A stretch of DNA of 56,787 nt from Patescibacteria group bacterium (GTDB taxonomy: Bacteria; Patescibacteriota; Saccharimonadia; Saccharimonadales; Saccharimonadaceae), in the NCBI GenBank assembly GCA_030156575.1, contig JASGMG010000001.1, positions 1 through 56,787 on the forward strand. The letters are read 5' to 3'. Below the pieces are notes generated by a model that was not told the DNA's origin, searched no databases, and was given only the letters and a program-made list of their open reading frames with translations. Each line of letters begins with the position of its first letter. Position 1 is the first letter of the stretch. This document shows positions 1 to 10,200 of the stretch, in pieces. The translations under genes and the position numbers were made by a program.

Positions 1-112
1 CATTGTTTGCAATAACAAGTCAGTTATAATGTGAGCCATACTAGGGGCTATTTCTATTATACTCAGTATAGCTTTGCTGTACTGATGTATCTATTTAAGA
101 TATAATAGTCTT

Positions 113-838
113 ATGAGTTCAAATAAACAGACATCTTTAGATTATGAGAAGCCAGTTGCTTATGATGCCAATGGTCAGCCGTTATATTTGCATCCACCTA
201 TAAAAAAGAATAGCTCAAAGGAGTCTCGTTCTTCGACTGGCAAGAAATCAACTATTAGTGACACGATTAAATTAAAACACGATAGATCGGTTGAGTTATA
301 TCCTGATATAAACTTAAGTGAAGGTGAATACGTTATTAGTGCAGTTAAACGTCACCCAATAGGTATGTTTATACCACTTTCGATTGGGGTGTTTCTAATA
401 TCTTTAGCGTTTATAGTATTATTCAACTTTGATTTAATTATTCAGGCTTTTCGATTAAATATTGGAATTACTGGATTTTCATTAATAGCTATATCTATGG
501 TCTTATTCATCATATTGATAGTTATAGGTACATATATATTTTATTATGTATACTCTAACAATAGATTCTATCTTACTAATGAGAGTGTTATTCAAGAAAT
601 TCAGACTGGAATATTTTCTAAATTAGAACAAACAGTTAGTTTATCTAATATAGAGGACGCAAGTTTCACTCAGATTGGAATAGCTCAGCAGATGTTTAAT
701 TATGGGTCTATCAGACTTAGTACCGAAGGGGAAGAGACTACTTATAGGTTTTCTTATGTCGCTAATCCGAAGAGTCACATTGCTATTATAAATAATGCAA
801 TTGAAGATTTTCAGAATTGTCGTTCATCTGATAATTAA
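113..838 (+). CDS. Membrane protein with C-terminal bacterial PH (bPH_2-like) domain
   Basis: RHP motif, two hydrophobic helices, then YLTNESVI...LSNIEDAS...FNYGSI pattern typical of bPH_2 proteins; TATAAT 6 nt before ATG. Confidence 0.7.
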   Translation: MSSNKQTSLDYEKPVAYDANGQPLYLHPPIKKNSSKESRSSTGKKSTISDTIKLKHDRSVELYPDINLSEGEYVISAVKRHPIGMFIPLSIGVFLISLAFIVLFNFDLIIQAFRLNIGITGFSLIAISMVLFIILIVIGTYIFYYVYSNNRFYLTNESVIQEIQTGIFSKLEQTVSLSNIEDASFTQIGIAQQMFNYGSIRLSTEGEETTYRFSYVANPKSHIAIINNAIEDFQNCRSSDN

Positions 839-1231
839 TTATCTTTTATTAGTCTTTATAAAATCACCTTCATTTTCTAAAGTCGCTTTTAGGGTATAGC
901 TTTTGCATTTTTCGTTTACACAATTAGCTGGAGTGTAAGTATATGAGCTACCTGATGTATTTATCATTATATCGGTTGGATCGGTAAATAAAGTTGGATC
1001 CATTGATTTTAAGTTATCACTGTTAATTGACTGAGGATAATATTCGTTAGCGGGGTAAAACACTTCTTCTAAGCTATAATACATAGCATTTATTGCTGTT
1101 TTTCTGGCATTATCACGAGCGGCGATTTCTAGACTATTCTTTTGTATAAAAAATAGTATGCTAGCCGTTGCGACTAATACTGTAACAAATAATATTTCAA
1201 TAACCGTGAATCCATTAGTGTGTTTTTTCAT
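839..1231 (-). CDS. Type IV pilin/pseudopilin-like protein
   Basis: Class III signal peptide NG|FTVIEILFV plus hydrophobic helix; C-terminal Cys pair. Confidence 0.8.
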   Translation of the reverse strand: MKKHTNGFTVIEILFVTVLVATASILFFIQKNSLEIAARDNARKTAINAMYYSLEEVFYPANEYYPQSINSDNLKSMDPTLFTDPTDIMINTSGSSYTYTPANCVNEKCKSYTLKATLENEGDFIKTNKR

Positions 1232-1304
1232 GATGAATCTATTATAGCAAATTATAGACTATCAAAGTATAATTAATATTATTGGTAATAGAGAGGTGAT
1301 TTTT

Positions 1305-2345
1305 ATGACAGCTAAAAAAGCAAAGACTGAGAAAGAATTAGGAGAGAAACCTACAGCAAGTGAAGGTAAATTGAAAGCTTTAGGGTTAGCCCAAGAACAA
1401 ATTAATAAACAATTTGGCGATGGAGCGATTCGTCGATTAGGAGACACTACGACTGTTGACGTAGAGCTTTTTAGTAGTGGTTCTTTATCTATTGACTTAG
1501 CGCTTGGCGGTGGTTATCCAAGGGGACGTATAATTGAGATCTATGGTCCAGAATCATCTGGAAAAACAACGCTTGCTTTACATGCAATTGCTGAAATTCA
1601 AAGATGTGGTGGGACGGCAGCTTTTATAGATGCTGAACATGCACTTGACCCTGCTTATGCACGCAAACTTGGTGTTGATACTGATAACTTATTAGTGTCA
1701 CAGCCAGATAACGGAGAACAGGCCCTTGAAATTGCTGAAACGTTAGTACGTTCAAATGCTGTTGATATGGTAGTAGTCGATTCTGTGGCGGCATTAGTAC
1801 CTCAAGCTGAAATTGACGGTGACATGGGTGATAGCCATATGGGGCTTCAGGCGCGATTAATGAGCCAAGCTTTACGTAAATTAACAGGTATTATAAATAA
1901 AAGTAAAACGACTGTACTCTTTATAAATCAAATTCGTATGAAAATTGGTGTTATGTTTGGTAACCCAGAGACGACGACTGGCGGAAACGCATTGAAGTTT
2001 TATGCGTCTGTTAGGATTGATATTCGCCGAATTGGACAGATAAAATCAGGTGAGGATATTATTGGTAATCGAACGAAGGTTAAAATCGTTAAGAATAAGA
2101 TTGCTCCACCTTTTCGCATTGCTGAATTTGATATTATGTACAATGAAGGAATTAGTAAGACTGGTGATGTTCTTGATTTGGCCGTTCAACACGAGATTGT
2201 TGGTAAGGCTGGAGCTTGGTTCGATTATGCCGATGCTAAGATTGGCCAAGGTCGCGAAGCTAGCAAACTTTATTTAAAGGAAAATCCAAAGGTTTTGGCT
2301 GAAATTGAGGCTAAGGTTCGTGCAAAGGTTGCTGAACAAAGTTAG
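1305..2345 (+). CDS. recA: Recombinase RecA
   Basis: GPESSGKTT Walker [21 protein letters not shown] at 1305 follows SD GAGGTG (1293-1298). Confidence 0.99.
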   Translation: MTAKKAKTEKELGEKPTASEGKLKALGLAQEQINKQFGDGAIRRLGDTTTVDVELFSSGSLSIDLALGGGYPRGRIIEIYGPESSGKTTLALHAIAEIQRCGGTAAFIDAEHALDPAYARKLGVDTDNLLVSQPDNGEQALEIAETLVRSNAVDMVVVDSVAALVPQAEIDGDMGDSHMGLQARLMSQALRKLTGIINKSKTTVLFINQIRMKIGVMFGNPETTTGGNALKFYASVRIDIRRIGQIKSGEDIIGNRTKVKIVKNKIAPPFRIAEFDIMYNEGISKTGDVLDLAVQHEIVGKAGAWFDYADAKIGQGREASKLYLKENPKVLAEIEAKVRAKVAEQS

Positions 2346-2368
2346 GGTTAAGAGTTCAAAATAGGCTT

Positions 2369-3004
2369 ATGATAATTTCATCTATTACTCCTCAAACACG
2401 TAATAAAAATCGTGTAAATATTTCAGTGGATGGGGTTTATCGATTTAGCTTGGATGTTTATCAATTAGTAGATTTGAATATTAAAATTGGGCGTGAATGT
2501 AATGAAGCTGAGTTAGTTGCATTAGAACAAGAAAGTGAGTTTGGTAAGGCGTATAGTCGAGCTCTTGAATATTGTTTAATGCGTCCTCACAGTGTTGGTG
2601 AGATTAAGGACTATTTATATCGCAAAACTAAATCAACTAGAAATAAAAAAGGTGAAATTAAAGCTGGTTTGTCGTCTGAAATAACCGTCCGTATACTTGC
2701 TCGTTTGACTGAAAAAGGTTATGTTAGTGATGAAAAATTTGCTAGATATTGGGTAGAGAATAGAAGTTTAACTAAAGGCTCTAGCCGGCGTAAATTAATT
2801 TCAGAGTTACGTTCCAAAGGCGTTAGTAGCATAATTATTGAGCAAGTACTAAAGGACACTGAACGTGATGATAGTCAAGAAATTCAAAAAATAATCCTTA
2901 AGAAAAGACAACGTTACTCGGATGAAAAGAAGTTAATAGCATATCTGGCAAGGTTAGGCTTTGATTACGATACTATTAAACAGGCTTTGTCGAAAGAATT
3001 ATAA
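2369..3004 (+). CDS. recX: Regulatory protein RecX
   Basis: Directly downstream of recA; RPHS..EI..YL, GYVSDEKFA, EL..KGV, YLARLGF motifs. Confidence 0.9.
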   Translation: MIISSITPQTRNKNRVNISVDGVYRFSLDVYQLVDLNIKIGRECNEAELVALEQESEFGKAYSRALEYCLMRPHSVGEIKDYLYRKTKSTRNKKGEIKAGLSSEITVRILARLTEKGYVSDEKFARYWVENRSLTKGSSRRKLISELRSKGVSSIIIEQVLKDTERDDSQEIQKIILKKRQRYSDEKKLIAYLARLGFDYDTIKQALSKEL

Positions 3005-3574
3005 TTCAGTACTGTCTGTTTGTGGCGATTGTGACCTAAATGGGTTCATATAGGTAAGTTTAGTAGGTTTTTCTATCGGGCTAAGTTTTTTAGCAGTTGT
3101 CTTGACAATTATTTTGTAATCATTTATTTCGATAATTTGAGAACGGTGTATGAGCAACGTTGTTTCGGTCAAACTTCTTATAATTCCTCGATTTGCATTT
3201 ATTTGTTGAATAACGAAACTATCAGTGTCAATGCTGTAATCGGCCACTTTACCGAGTTTATGTTTCATTTCATCAACAACACCTATTCCGATTAAATTGA
3301 AATTTAATTCATATATTTTTTGAATCGAGATAACGTCTTTAATGCCTACAAATTCATCACTGCTATCTATAATTAGCCCAATGTCACTTAGTTCACGAAC
3401 ATCAGCAATTCTTATAAAAGAGGGGCGCTCGGATAAAAGTGGTCCATCAACTTCATAAGCAATAACTGTTAAGTTACTAGGATCTATAATTGGTCTTTTT
3501 GTGACTGCTAGCTTTGAGCCGGTTTGTAGGCCCATGACTGGTATATTTATTAATCGAGATCCAAGTATTAGCAT
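2999..3574 (-). CDS. PRC-barrel-like domain protein
   Basis: Two PRC-like units (PVMGLQTGSKLA..IIDP; GVVDEMKHKLGKVADYSID); TATAAT 6 nt before ATG. Confidence 0.6.
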   Translation of the reverse strand: MLILGSRLINIPVMGLQTGSKLAVTKRPIIDPSNLTVIAYEVDGPLLSERPSFIRIADVRELSDIGLIIDSSDEFVGIKDVISIQKIYELNFNLIGIGVVDEMKHKLGKVADYSIDTDSFVIQQINANRGIIRSLTETTLLIHRSQIIEINDYKIIVKTTAKKLSPIEKPTKLTYMNPFRSQSPQTDSTEL

Positions 3575-3610
3575 AGTACCATTATAATTGTTTTTTCCAT
3601 TTGTTGCTAA

Positions 3611-3931
3611 TTATTCAGAAAATGGGTTTATTCTACCCGAAGGTAGTGTTTGACCTTCTGTGTTCTCTTCAACTGTTTTTAGGTTGTTTATACTATTGAG
3701 CGTTGCTTGGTCAACTATTGTATCTTCAATAACTATTTGCTTAGTATTGTCGACAGTTTGATTTACGATCTTCGTTAGTGTCATTACGGCGAATATTAAT
3801 CCTACTGATATTATCACTATAAATATAACTAAGTTATATCTTTTAATGAGGTTTTTAATAACCTTTATAATATTAAAATTACTAGTCTCAGTTTTATTTT
3901 TTTTCTTATTGTCTTTGTTCATGTTATTCAT
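3611..3931 (-). CDS. Small bitopic membrane protein, last gene of the pilMNO operon
   Basis: Single TM; C-terminal RINPF motif reminiscent of PilP; overlaps the upstream gene by 4 nt. Confidence 0.6.
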   Translation of the reverse strand: MNNMNKDNKKKNKTETSNFNIIKVIKNLIKRYNLVIFIVIISVGLIFAVMTLTKIVNQTVDNTKQIVIEDTIVDQATLNSINNLKTVEENTEGQTLPSGRINPFSE

Positions 3932-4470
3932 CGTGTATATATCTCTATAGTTAATGGTTCGACTTCAACGTAGCCTTGAATGCCTGTGGTTGGTTTAATA
4001 TTAATTCCAGTTAGTTGCATTTTTGGTATACTAGTTTCGATTGCTTTTAAGAAATTTATCATATCTGTGAATTTAATTGAATCATTTAATGTTATTGTTA
4101 TGGAGCTTGATGTCGTGTTGAATGTCTGTTGATTAAAACTATAACCTTTAATACTTATATTATTTATCGAAGCATATTTTTCTAGATTATCTATGGTTTG
4201 ATTTTGATAGTTTTGGGATGGTGTAAATAATAAGTTTGCTTTAGTGGCAGGTGTTTGGTATATTGTTATCTCATTTTGTAGCTTTAGAATAGACGCACTA
4301 TTCTTTATTGCCGTAGCTGAAGTATTTGTTGATTTATTATTCTCGATAATCTGGGCATTCAGCCAATTTTGTGTAAAATAAAATCCAAGTGTTAGCACAG
4401 TTATTAATAATAGGATACTAACAATCATAAATTTTTGTAGTGAGGTTGCTTTCATTTGATGTTTTTTCAT
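3928..4470 (-). CDS. PilO-like type IV pilus alignment protein
   Basis: N-terminal TM, coiled coil, F..FLKAIE motif; position after pilM/pilN. Confidence 0.6.
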   Translation of the reverse strand: MKKHQMKATSLQKFMIVSILLLITVLTLGFYFTQNWLNAQIIENNKSTNTSATAIKNSASILKLQNEITIYQTPATKANLLFTPSQNYQNQTIDNLEKYASINNISIKGYSFNQQTFNTTSSSITITLNDSIKFTDMINFLKAIETSIPKMQLTGINIKPTTGIQGYVEVEPLTIEIYTR

Positions 4471-5027
4471 TGCAAAGCCCCCTTATTTATAGATAAGTTT
4501 ATAACAACAGATACTGGATACCCTGACGAGTCTCCTGCTATAGTCTCAATTGATTGGACATTAGAATTTTTTAATAGAGCTGAGCTTTTAAGATTATCTT
4601 TTATCTTTTGGGCGTCGTTAGTTGACTGAGCTTTTACTTGCAATGACGTTGGCGAATTGATTCCGTCATTAGTTAGAGCTAATGATTCCAATACCGTACC
4701 TGATGGTAATATAGCTCCTAATTCTGTTATTATTTTGCTGTATGGTATTTGTTTATCAAGTATTTTTTTAGCATTTGAAAAACTTAACTTAAAGTTATCG
4801 AGTTGGGCTTTATTTGAGTCGTAAGCCACAATTTCTCCTTGAGTGCTCGATGAGTTAGCTTTCGTGCTTTCACTGTTCATCGCTATCATATAAGCCACTC
4901 CACAAGCCAATATTAAGAAGACACTAGCACAGCCTAATAGAAATAAATATTTAATTAATGTTACGTTCGTATGGGCGGCATGAAGCTGTTTCTTTGTCTC
5001 GTCAGGTAATAAATTTATCATTTCCAA
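4467..5027 (-). CDS. pilN: PilN-like type IV pilus alignment protein
   Basis: N-terminal INLLP PilM-binding motif followed by TM; downstream of pilM. Confidence 0.75.
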   Translation of the reverse strand: MEMINLLPDETKKQLHAAHTNVTLIKYLFLLGCASVFLILACGVAYMIAMNSESTKANSSSTQGEIVAYDSNKAQLDNFKLSFSNAKKILDKQIPYSKIITELGAILPSGTVLESLALTNDGINSPTSLQVKAQSTNDAQKIKDNLKSSALLKNSNVQSIETIAGDSSGYPVSVVINLSINKGALQ

Positions 5028-6073
5028 ATTTCCTTTGGTGGTATTATGGATAACCCAGCAACTGTTATGTATCTTGATCGAAGTTGTCTAACAGGTTCTG
5101 GTAATTTGCCAAAATCTAGTTTTTGCCATGGACTGGCTACTCGGGCGGGCATTATTAGTTCGTTTGTAAAATATTCTCCTATACCAGGTACGTTACTACC
5201 ACTACCAACGACTAATAGTTGTTCTAGCTTACGGTCGTCACTTATACGTTCATTGTAATAACGTATAACCTTACGAGTTTCTGTAATTATTTGTTTCAAA
5301 CTTGGTTCTATAGCACCTTTAATTTTTGCTTGTCGAGGTCCAGCATTAAGACCATTTAATACTTTTAGTTGATGCGCATTTTCTAATGTGATTTCGAGCT
5401 TTTTCGCAATATCTAGAGTAAATGTGTTACCTCCAAGCGGAATACTGCTAGTTACACGGATTGCATTTCTATCAAGTATTGCAATATCGGTACTAGCTGG
5501 TCCAATATCTACAATAACGCTCGGTAGATTGCCGTCTTCAGTCTTTGTTAGTAGACGCGCAACAGCACTCATACTAGGCTCTACCAGGCTTACTCTTAGC
5601 CCCGCATCTTCAGCTGCACATATACATTTATCAATTATTGTTTTGGCTACTGCGCTCATTAGGATTGTTATTTCTTTTTTATTGCGCTCTACTATTTCAT
5701 AGTCAATATATAATGTTGAGGCTGGCAATGGTATGTACTGGTCTACTTCTAAACCAACTGCATCTTTTAGCTTTTTTTCAACAGAGATAGGTAAATTAAA
5801 TGTTCTAGAAAAACTTCGAGCTGTTGGGATGCTTATTGCAACGTGGTTACTTGGTAGTGAGCCAATTATCTTTTCTTTTATGAGCAGTTTTACATTATCT
5901 GCTAAATAAGTGCTGGTTCCCTCTAGTGATTCTTTCATTTTTTGTGGATTTAGATCCATCGATCCATAACCAAGAACTAACCATCTTTTATTGTCGATAG
6001 CCATAATTTTAATACCAGTACTACTGATATCAAGACCGATTATTTGTTTATCTGTATATATTAATTTCGTCAT
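5018..6073 (-). CDS. pilM: Type IV pilus assembly protein PilM
   Basis: Actin-like fold motifs GLDISS, VDIGPAST, LGGNTFT, VGSGS. Confidence 0.9.
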   Translation of the reverse strand: MTKLIYTDKQIIGLDISSTGIKIMAIDNKRWLVLGYGSMDLNPQKMKESLEGTSTYLADNVKLLIKEKIIGSLPSNHVAISIPTARSFSRTFNLPISVEKKLKDAVGLEVDQYIPLPASTLYIDYEIVERNKKEITILMSAVAKTIIDKCICAAEDAGLRVSLVEPSMSAVARLLTKTEDGNLPSVIVDIGPASTDIAILDRNAIRVTSSIPLGGNTFTLDIAKKLEITLENAHQLKVLNGLNAGPRQAKIKGAIEPSLKQIITETRKVIRYYNERISDDRKLEQLLVVGSGSNVPGIGEYFTNELIMPARVASPWQKLDFGKLPEPVRQLRSRYITVAGLSIIPPKEIWK

Positions 6074-6133
6074 TTATGCCCACTGATGTTTGCTAACTAT
6101 TATTATAACATGAGCGTATTGGTTTCATAGCTA

Positions 6134-7363
6134 TTATTTAATGTTTTGAGATAAACTAGCGATTGGCAACATAACACTGGCCGCGATCAAGCCAACCATG
6201 CCACCCATTATTACAATCATAATTGGTTCTATGATTGAACTTATACTTCCAATTGCAGTATCTACTTCTTCTTCATAAAAATCAGCCACCTTTACAAAGA
6301 CTTTTTCTGTTTGACCTGTTTCTTCGCCGACTAAAAGCATTTGAGATACAATAGGTGGAAATAGTGGATTAGCTTCAATAACAGAAGATAGCGATTTGCC
6401 GTTTTTCACTTCTATCTCTGCTTCTAGTAGAGCTTTTTCATAAACAGCGTTGCCAACAGCTCTCGATGTTACACTTAGGGTTTCTAATACAGCGACTCCA
6501 GCTTCTATTAATGCTGAGAATGTTCTTGCGAAATGCGCTACGGCAACTTTCATTACAATTACTCTTATGATCGGTATTTTCAGTAGTAAGCTATGAAATT
6601 GGAATTTGCCTCTCTCTGTTTTAATGTACCTTATAATTACATAAGTTACGCCAAAAAAAACTCCAATTATTATATACCAATAATTTATAATGATGCTACT
6701 AATTTTTAACATTACTAATGTTATTCCTGGCAGTTTAGCATCTGGTCCACCTAAGTCTGTTAATATCTTACCAATTTGTGGAATAACAAAAAGCATCAAT
6801 CCGAAAAAAGCTAATATTGTTATGGTTATTAGGACTATTGGGTAGGCCATAGAACTTCTAATCTTTTTTCGCATTGCCATGCTTTTTTCTTGTTGAATCG
6901 CTAGTCTTTTTAGAATATCATCTAGAATTCCAGCCGCTTCACCAGCGCGTACCATATTTACATACACATCGTTAAATGTGTTAGGGTATTTTGCCATAGC
7001 ATCTCCAAGGTTTGCTCCGGCTTCAACATCATGAATTATATCTACTAATATTTTTTTTAATGTTGGGCTCTCAGCAATATGTTCAGATAGGGCAGTTAGG
7101 GCTCGTAATATTGGCACACCTGCACTGACCATAGCACTTAATTGTCTAGTAAACATAACTAGTTGATCTGATTTTACTTTGTTCCCACCCAGCAAGCTTT
7201 TTAGATTAAAGCTTTTTGTCTTTTGTTTGGCTTCAGTTACACTAACTGGTCGTAGACCTTGTTTTATTAGCGCCTCAATTGCAGCTGCACGCGTTAATTG
7301 ATCAATTTCACTATTAATTGCTTTACCATCGTTATTGATTGCTATGTATGAGAATATTGGCAT
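6134..7363 (-). CDS. pilC: Type IV pilus platform protein PilC (GspF family)
   Basis: FTRQLSAMVSAGVP, AGEAAGIL, VGEETG, IEP motifs; TM segments. Confidence 0.95.
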   Translation of the reverse strand: MPIFSYIAINNDGKAINSEIDQLTRAAAIEALIKQGLRPVSVTEAKQKTKSFNLKSLLGGNKVKSDQLVMFTRQLSAMVSAGVPILRALTALSEHIAESPTLKKILVDIIHDVEAGANLGDAMAKYPNTFNDVYVNMVRAGEAAGILDDILKRLAIQQEKSMAMRKKIRSSMAYPIVLITITILAFFGLMLFVIPQIGKILTDLGGPDAKLPGITLVMLKISSIIINYWYIIIGVFFGVTYVIIRYIKTERGKFQFHSLLLKIPIIRVIVMKVAVAHFARTFSALIEAGVAVLETLSVTSRAVGNAVYEKALLEAEIEVKNGKSLSSVIEANPLFPPIVSQMLLVGEETGQTEKVFVKVADFYEEEVDTAIGSISSIIEPIMIVIMGGMVGLIAASVMLPIASLSQNIK

Positions 7364-7364
7364 A

Positions 7365-9146
7365 TTAGTTTTTAGTTACCCTAATTACTTCTTCTATGGT
7401 TGTTTCACCACGAAGTGCTTTTATAAGTCCATCGATTTGCATTTTTACCATTCCATCAATAACTGACTGTTCTTGTATTTGATTACTAGTAGCATTAGTT
7501 ACTATTAGCTTCTGTATTGAAATTGAATTAGTTAAAACCTCATATATGCCAACACGACCTTTATATCCATTTAATGTGCCATCTTTGTTGTCGTTAGGAT
7601 CGGCTTTCCACAATGTATTTATACCATTTTCATCAGTACTTAGTGGCGTATCACCTCCAACGCCTTCTGCGGCGGCTTGTTTTTCTAGTTGGTGGATGTA
7701 GCTAAAATGTTGGTCTGTTTTTAATCCAAATAGATCGATTATCATCTTTTTTTCTTCTTCACTCGGTGTATAACTTTTTCTGGTTTCTTTGTTTATTTTA
7801 CGGACGAGTCTTTGTCCAACAACTGCTCGTATAGTACTAGCTATTAAGAATGGTTCTATGCCCATATCAAGAAGTCGAGGTAGGCATGTTGCAGCATCGT
7901 TTGTGTGTAACGTGCTGAAAACTAAGTGACCAGTTAATGCAGATTGAACGCTTAAATCTGCGGTTTCACTGTCCCTGATCTCACCAATCATTATAATATT
8001 TGGGTCTTGACGCAATAATGCCCTTAACCCATTGGCGAATGTCATGCCCGCTTTAGAATTAGTTTGAGTTTGGTTAACGCCTGGAATCTTATATTCAACT
8101 GGATCTTCTATAGTTGATATATTTACGTTAGGTGTGTTAAGTATCGTTAAAATACTAAATAAGCTGGTAGACTTACCACTTCCAGTCGGCCCTGTTACCA
8201 ATATCATGCCATTCGCTTCTTTTAAAGCTTCTTTAATGTCTACTAGAGATTTCCCCCAATATCCTAGTGATTCGAGTGAAACTGCTTGATTTGATTCATC
8301 TAATATACGCATCACAACCTTTTCGCCATCAGATACTGGTAACGTACTAACACGTAATGCATATTGTTTACCGCCAACTTTTATTTTGAAACGTCCATCT
8401 TGAGGTATACGATGTTCGTCAATCTTTAAGTTGCTTAAGATTTTTATGCGACTAACTAGAGAATTCACTACGTTACGAGGTAATCGGTTTACTTCTTTTA
8501 AAACACCGTCTATTCGATATCGTATCTGAACAAAACCTTCGCGAGGTTCGATGTGAATATCGCTAGCATGCGAACGAATAGCATATTCTAGTAATAAATT
8601 TATAGTTTGGGCTATTGGCGAATTCTCAGCCACTTCTTGTTCACTAATTGGCTCATTTTCTGTGTCATCTGTGCGTTGAATGTCAATAACTTCGTTTAAC
8701 TCTTGATTAACATCACCTCGATAGGCTTCTAGAGCGGATATAATATTATCGTGTGGCGCAATATATACGATCGTATTAGTGCCGATTTGTTTTTCAATAA
8801 AGTTAACAGCCTGAACATCATCTGGATCATCCATGGCTAAATGAGAGGTGCCATTTTCGTCAATCTTAAATAAAATTGCATTGTATTGGCGTGCGATTCT
8901 TTCGGGGATCTTGTTTAGTACGTCAGATGGTATGTCTGATGAATTGATCTCTATGTATGGGATTTGTGTATAATCGGCAAATAATTTAGTTAATGTTTTA
9001 TCTTTGATTATTTGGTTTTGTAAGGCGACTTCTTGAAGTGAGCGATTCGAACTACCACTCTCTTTTTTAAGAGAGTTAATTTGCTCAGTAGTGGCTATTC
9101 CACTGCGTAGGAGCAACTTTTCCATCGTGGTGTCTGAAATACGCAT
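7365..9146 (-). CDS. pilB: Type IV pilus assembly ATPase PilB (GspE family)
   Basis: ASDIHIEP, PQDGR, GPTGSGKST, EDPVE, LRQDPN, TGHLVFSTLHTN. Confidence 0.95.
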   Translation of the reverse strand: MRISDTTMEKLLLRSGIATTEQINSLKKESGSSNRSLQEVALQNQIIKDKTLTKLFADYTQIPYIEINSSDIPSDVLNKIPERIARQYNAILFKIDENGTSHLAMDDPDDVQAVNFIEKQIGTNTIVYIAPHDNIISALEAYRGDVNQELNEVIDIQRTDDTENEPISEQEVAENSPIAQTINLLLEYAIRSHASDIHIEPREGFVQIRYRIDGVLKEVNRLPRNVVNSLVSRIKILSNLKIDEHRIPQDGRFKIKVGGKQYALRVSTLPVSDGEKVVMRILDESNQAVSLESLGYWGKSLVDIKEALKEANGMILVTGPTGSGKSTSLFSILTILNTPNVNISTIEDPVEYKIPGVNQTQTNSKAGMTFANGLRALLRQDPNIIMIGEIRDSETADLSVQSALTGHLVFSTLHTNDAATCLPRLLDMGIEPFLIASTIRAVVGQRLVRKINKETRKSYTPSEEEKKMIIDLFGLKTDQHFSYIHQLEKQAAAEGVGGDTPLSTDENGINTLWKADPNDNKDGTLNGYKGRVGIYEVLTNSISIQKLIVTNATSNQIQEQSVIDGMVKMQIDGLIKALRGETTIEEVIRVTKN

Positions 9147-9203
9147 ATTGCTTGTGTCTATTGTAGCTGACGATAAGAAAAAGTGCTAGATGCTATAATA
9201 ATT

Positions 9204-9671
9204 ATGATGATTTTTATAAAAATTGATAACGAAGATGATATGAAAACTTTTGGTGAAAGTCTTGGCAAATTATTGCAAGGTGGAGAATTTATAGAATTAA
9301 TTGGTGATGTCGGCGCAGGTAAAACAACGCTTGTTAAAGGTATTGCTGTTGGATTAGGCGTAGAGGAACAAGTTCAAAGCCCTAGTTTTACTATTAGTCG
9401 TGTCTACAATGGAAGAAATAACATAGTATTAGCTCATTATGATTTCTATCGGTTAAAAGACGCTGGAATTATGGAGAATGAACTGAAAGAGACAATTGGT
9501 GATTCTAATACGATCACTATTGTTGAATGGTCAGGAGCTGTAGTGAAAACTTTGCCAATTGACCGATTGTCTGTTAACATAACTTCACCGACAGAAGACT
9601 CTCGAGAGATTGTTATTGATCATGGTGGAGATTTAAGTGATAAATTAGAAAAACAACTTGGACTATTATGA
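9204..9671 (+). CDS. tsaE: tRNA t6A biosynthesis ATPase TsaE
   Basis: GDVGAGKT, VQSPSFT, HYDFYRL, IVEW; start likely ATG 9204 or 9207 after TGcTATAAT. Confidence 0.93.
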   Translation: MMIFIKIDNEDDMKTFGESLGKLLQGGEFIELIGDVGAGKTTLVKGIAVGLGVEEQVQSPSFTISRVYNGRNNIVLAHYDFYRLKDAGIMENELKETIGDSNTITIVEWSGAVVKTLPIDRLSVNITSPTEDSREIVIDHGGDLSDKLEKQLGLL

Positions 9672-10072
9672 TTATATTGTTAGACACTAGCACTTCTTTA
9701 TGTAAATTGACTTTTATTGATGGTGATAAAATCCATAATAGTGAATGGCAAGCAGGTAGAGGTCTTGCCAAGGGGTTGTTAAGTTATATAGATAAAGAAC
9801 TCTTTTTATTTGACAAGAAATGGTCAGAAATAACTGCTATTTGTGTGTTTAAAGGTCCTGGTAGCTTTACTGGATTGAGAATTGGTATTACTGTTATGAA
9901 CACTATTGCTGATGCTAATAACATTCCTATCGTTGGTGGTAGTGGTGAAAATTGGCAGAATGAAACTATATCTAAATTGGCGGATGGTAAAAATGATAAA
10001 ATAGTTATACCATTATATGGTAGTGAGCCAAATATTACTTGCGCCAATAGTACAAAAAAGGTTACTATATAG
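9668..10072 (+). CDS. tsaB: tRNA t6A biosynthesis protein TsaB (short form)
   Basis: LDTS and GPGSFTGLRIG motifs; overlaps tsaE. Confidence 0.9.
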   Translation: MIILLDTSTSLCKLTFIDGDKIHNSEWQAGRGLAKGLLSYIDKELFLFDKKWSEITAICVFKGPGSFTGLRIGITVMNTIADANNIPIVGGSGENWQNETISKLADGKNDKIVIPLYGSEPNITCANSTKKVTI

Positions 10073-10200
10073 GTAGTTCTTATTTAGAACTCTGAATAAT
10101 TTTTTGAAGATAACGCATTAGACCAATTGATTCTTTAGTACAAGCATATACTTTATACTGGTAATAAAGTTTAGAGGCCTAGGCGAAGAAAGGTACAACT

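Noticed and set aside
31..90. ACTAGGGG plus hairpin CAGTATAGC-TTT-GCTGTACTG as a TPP riboswitch
   Set aside because: The conserved CTGAGA and downstream TPP core are absent, and the next gene has its own -10 element
10073..10200. 6S RNA upstream of rny
   Set aside because: Only 128 bp with short local hairpins; no long rod with a central bubble
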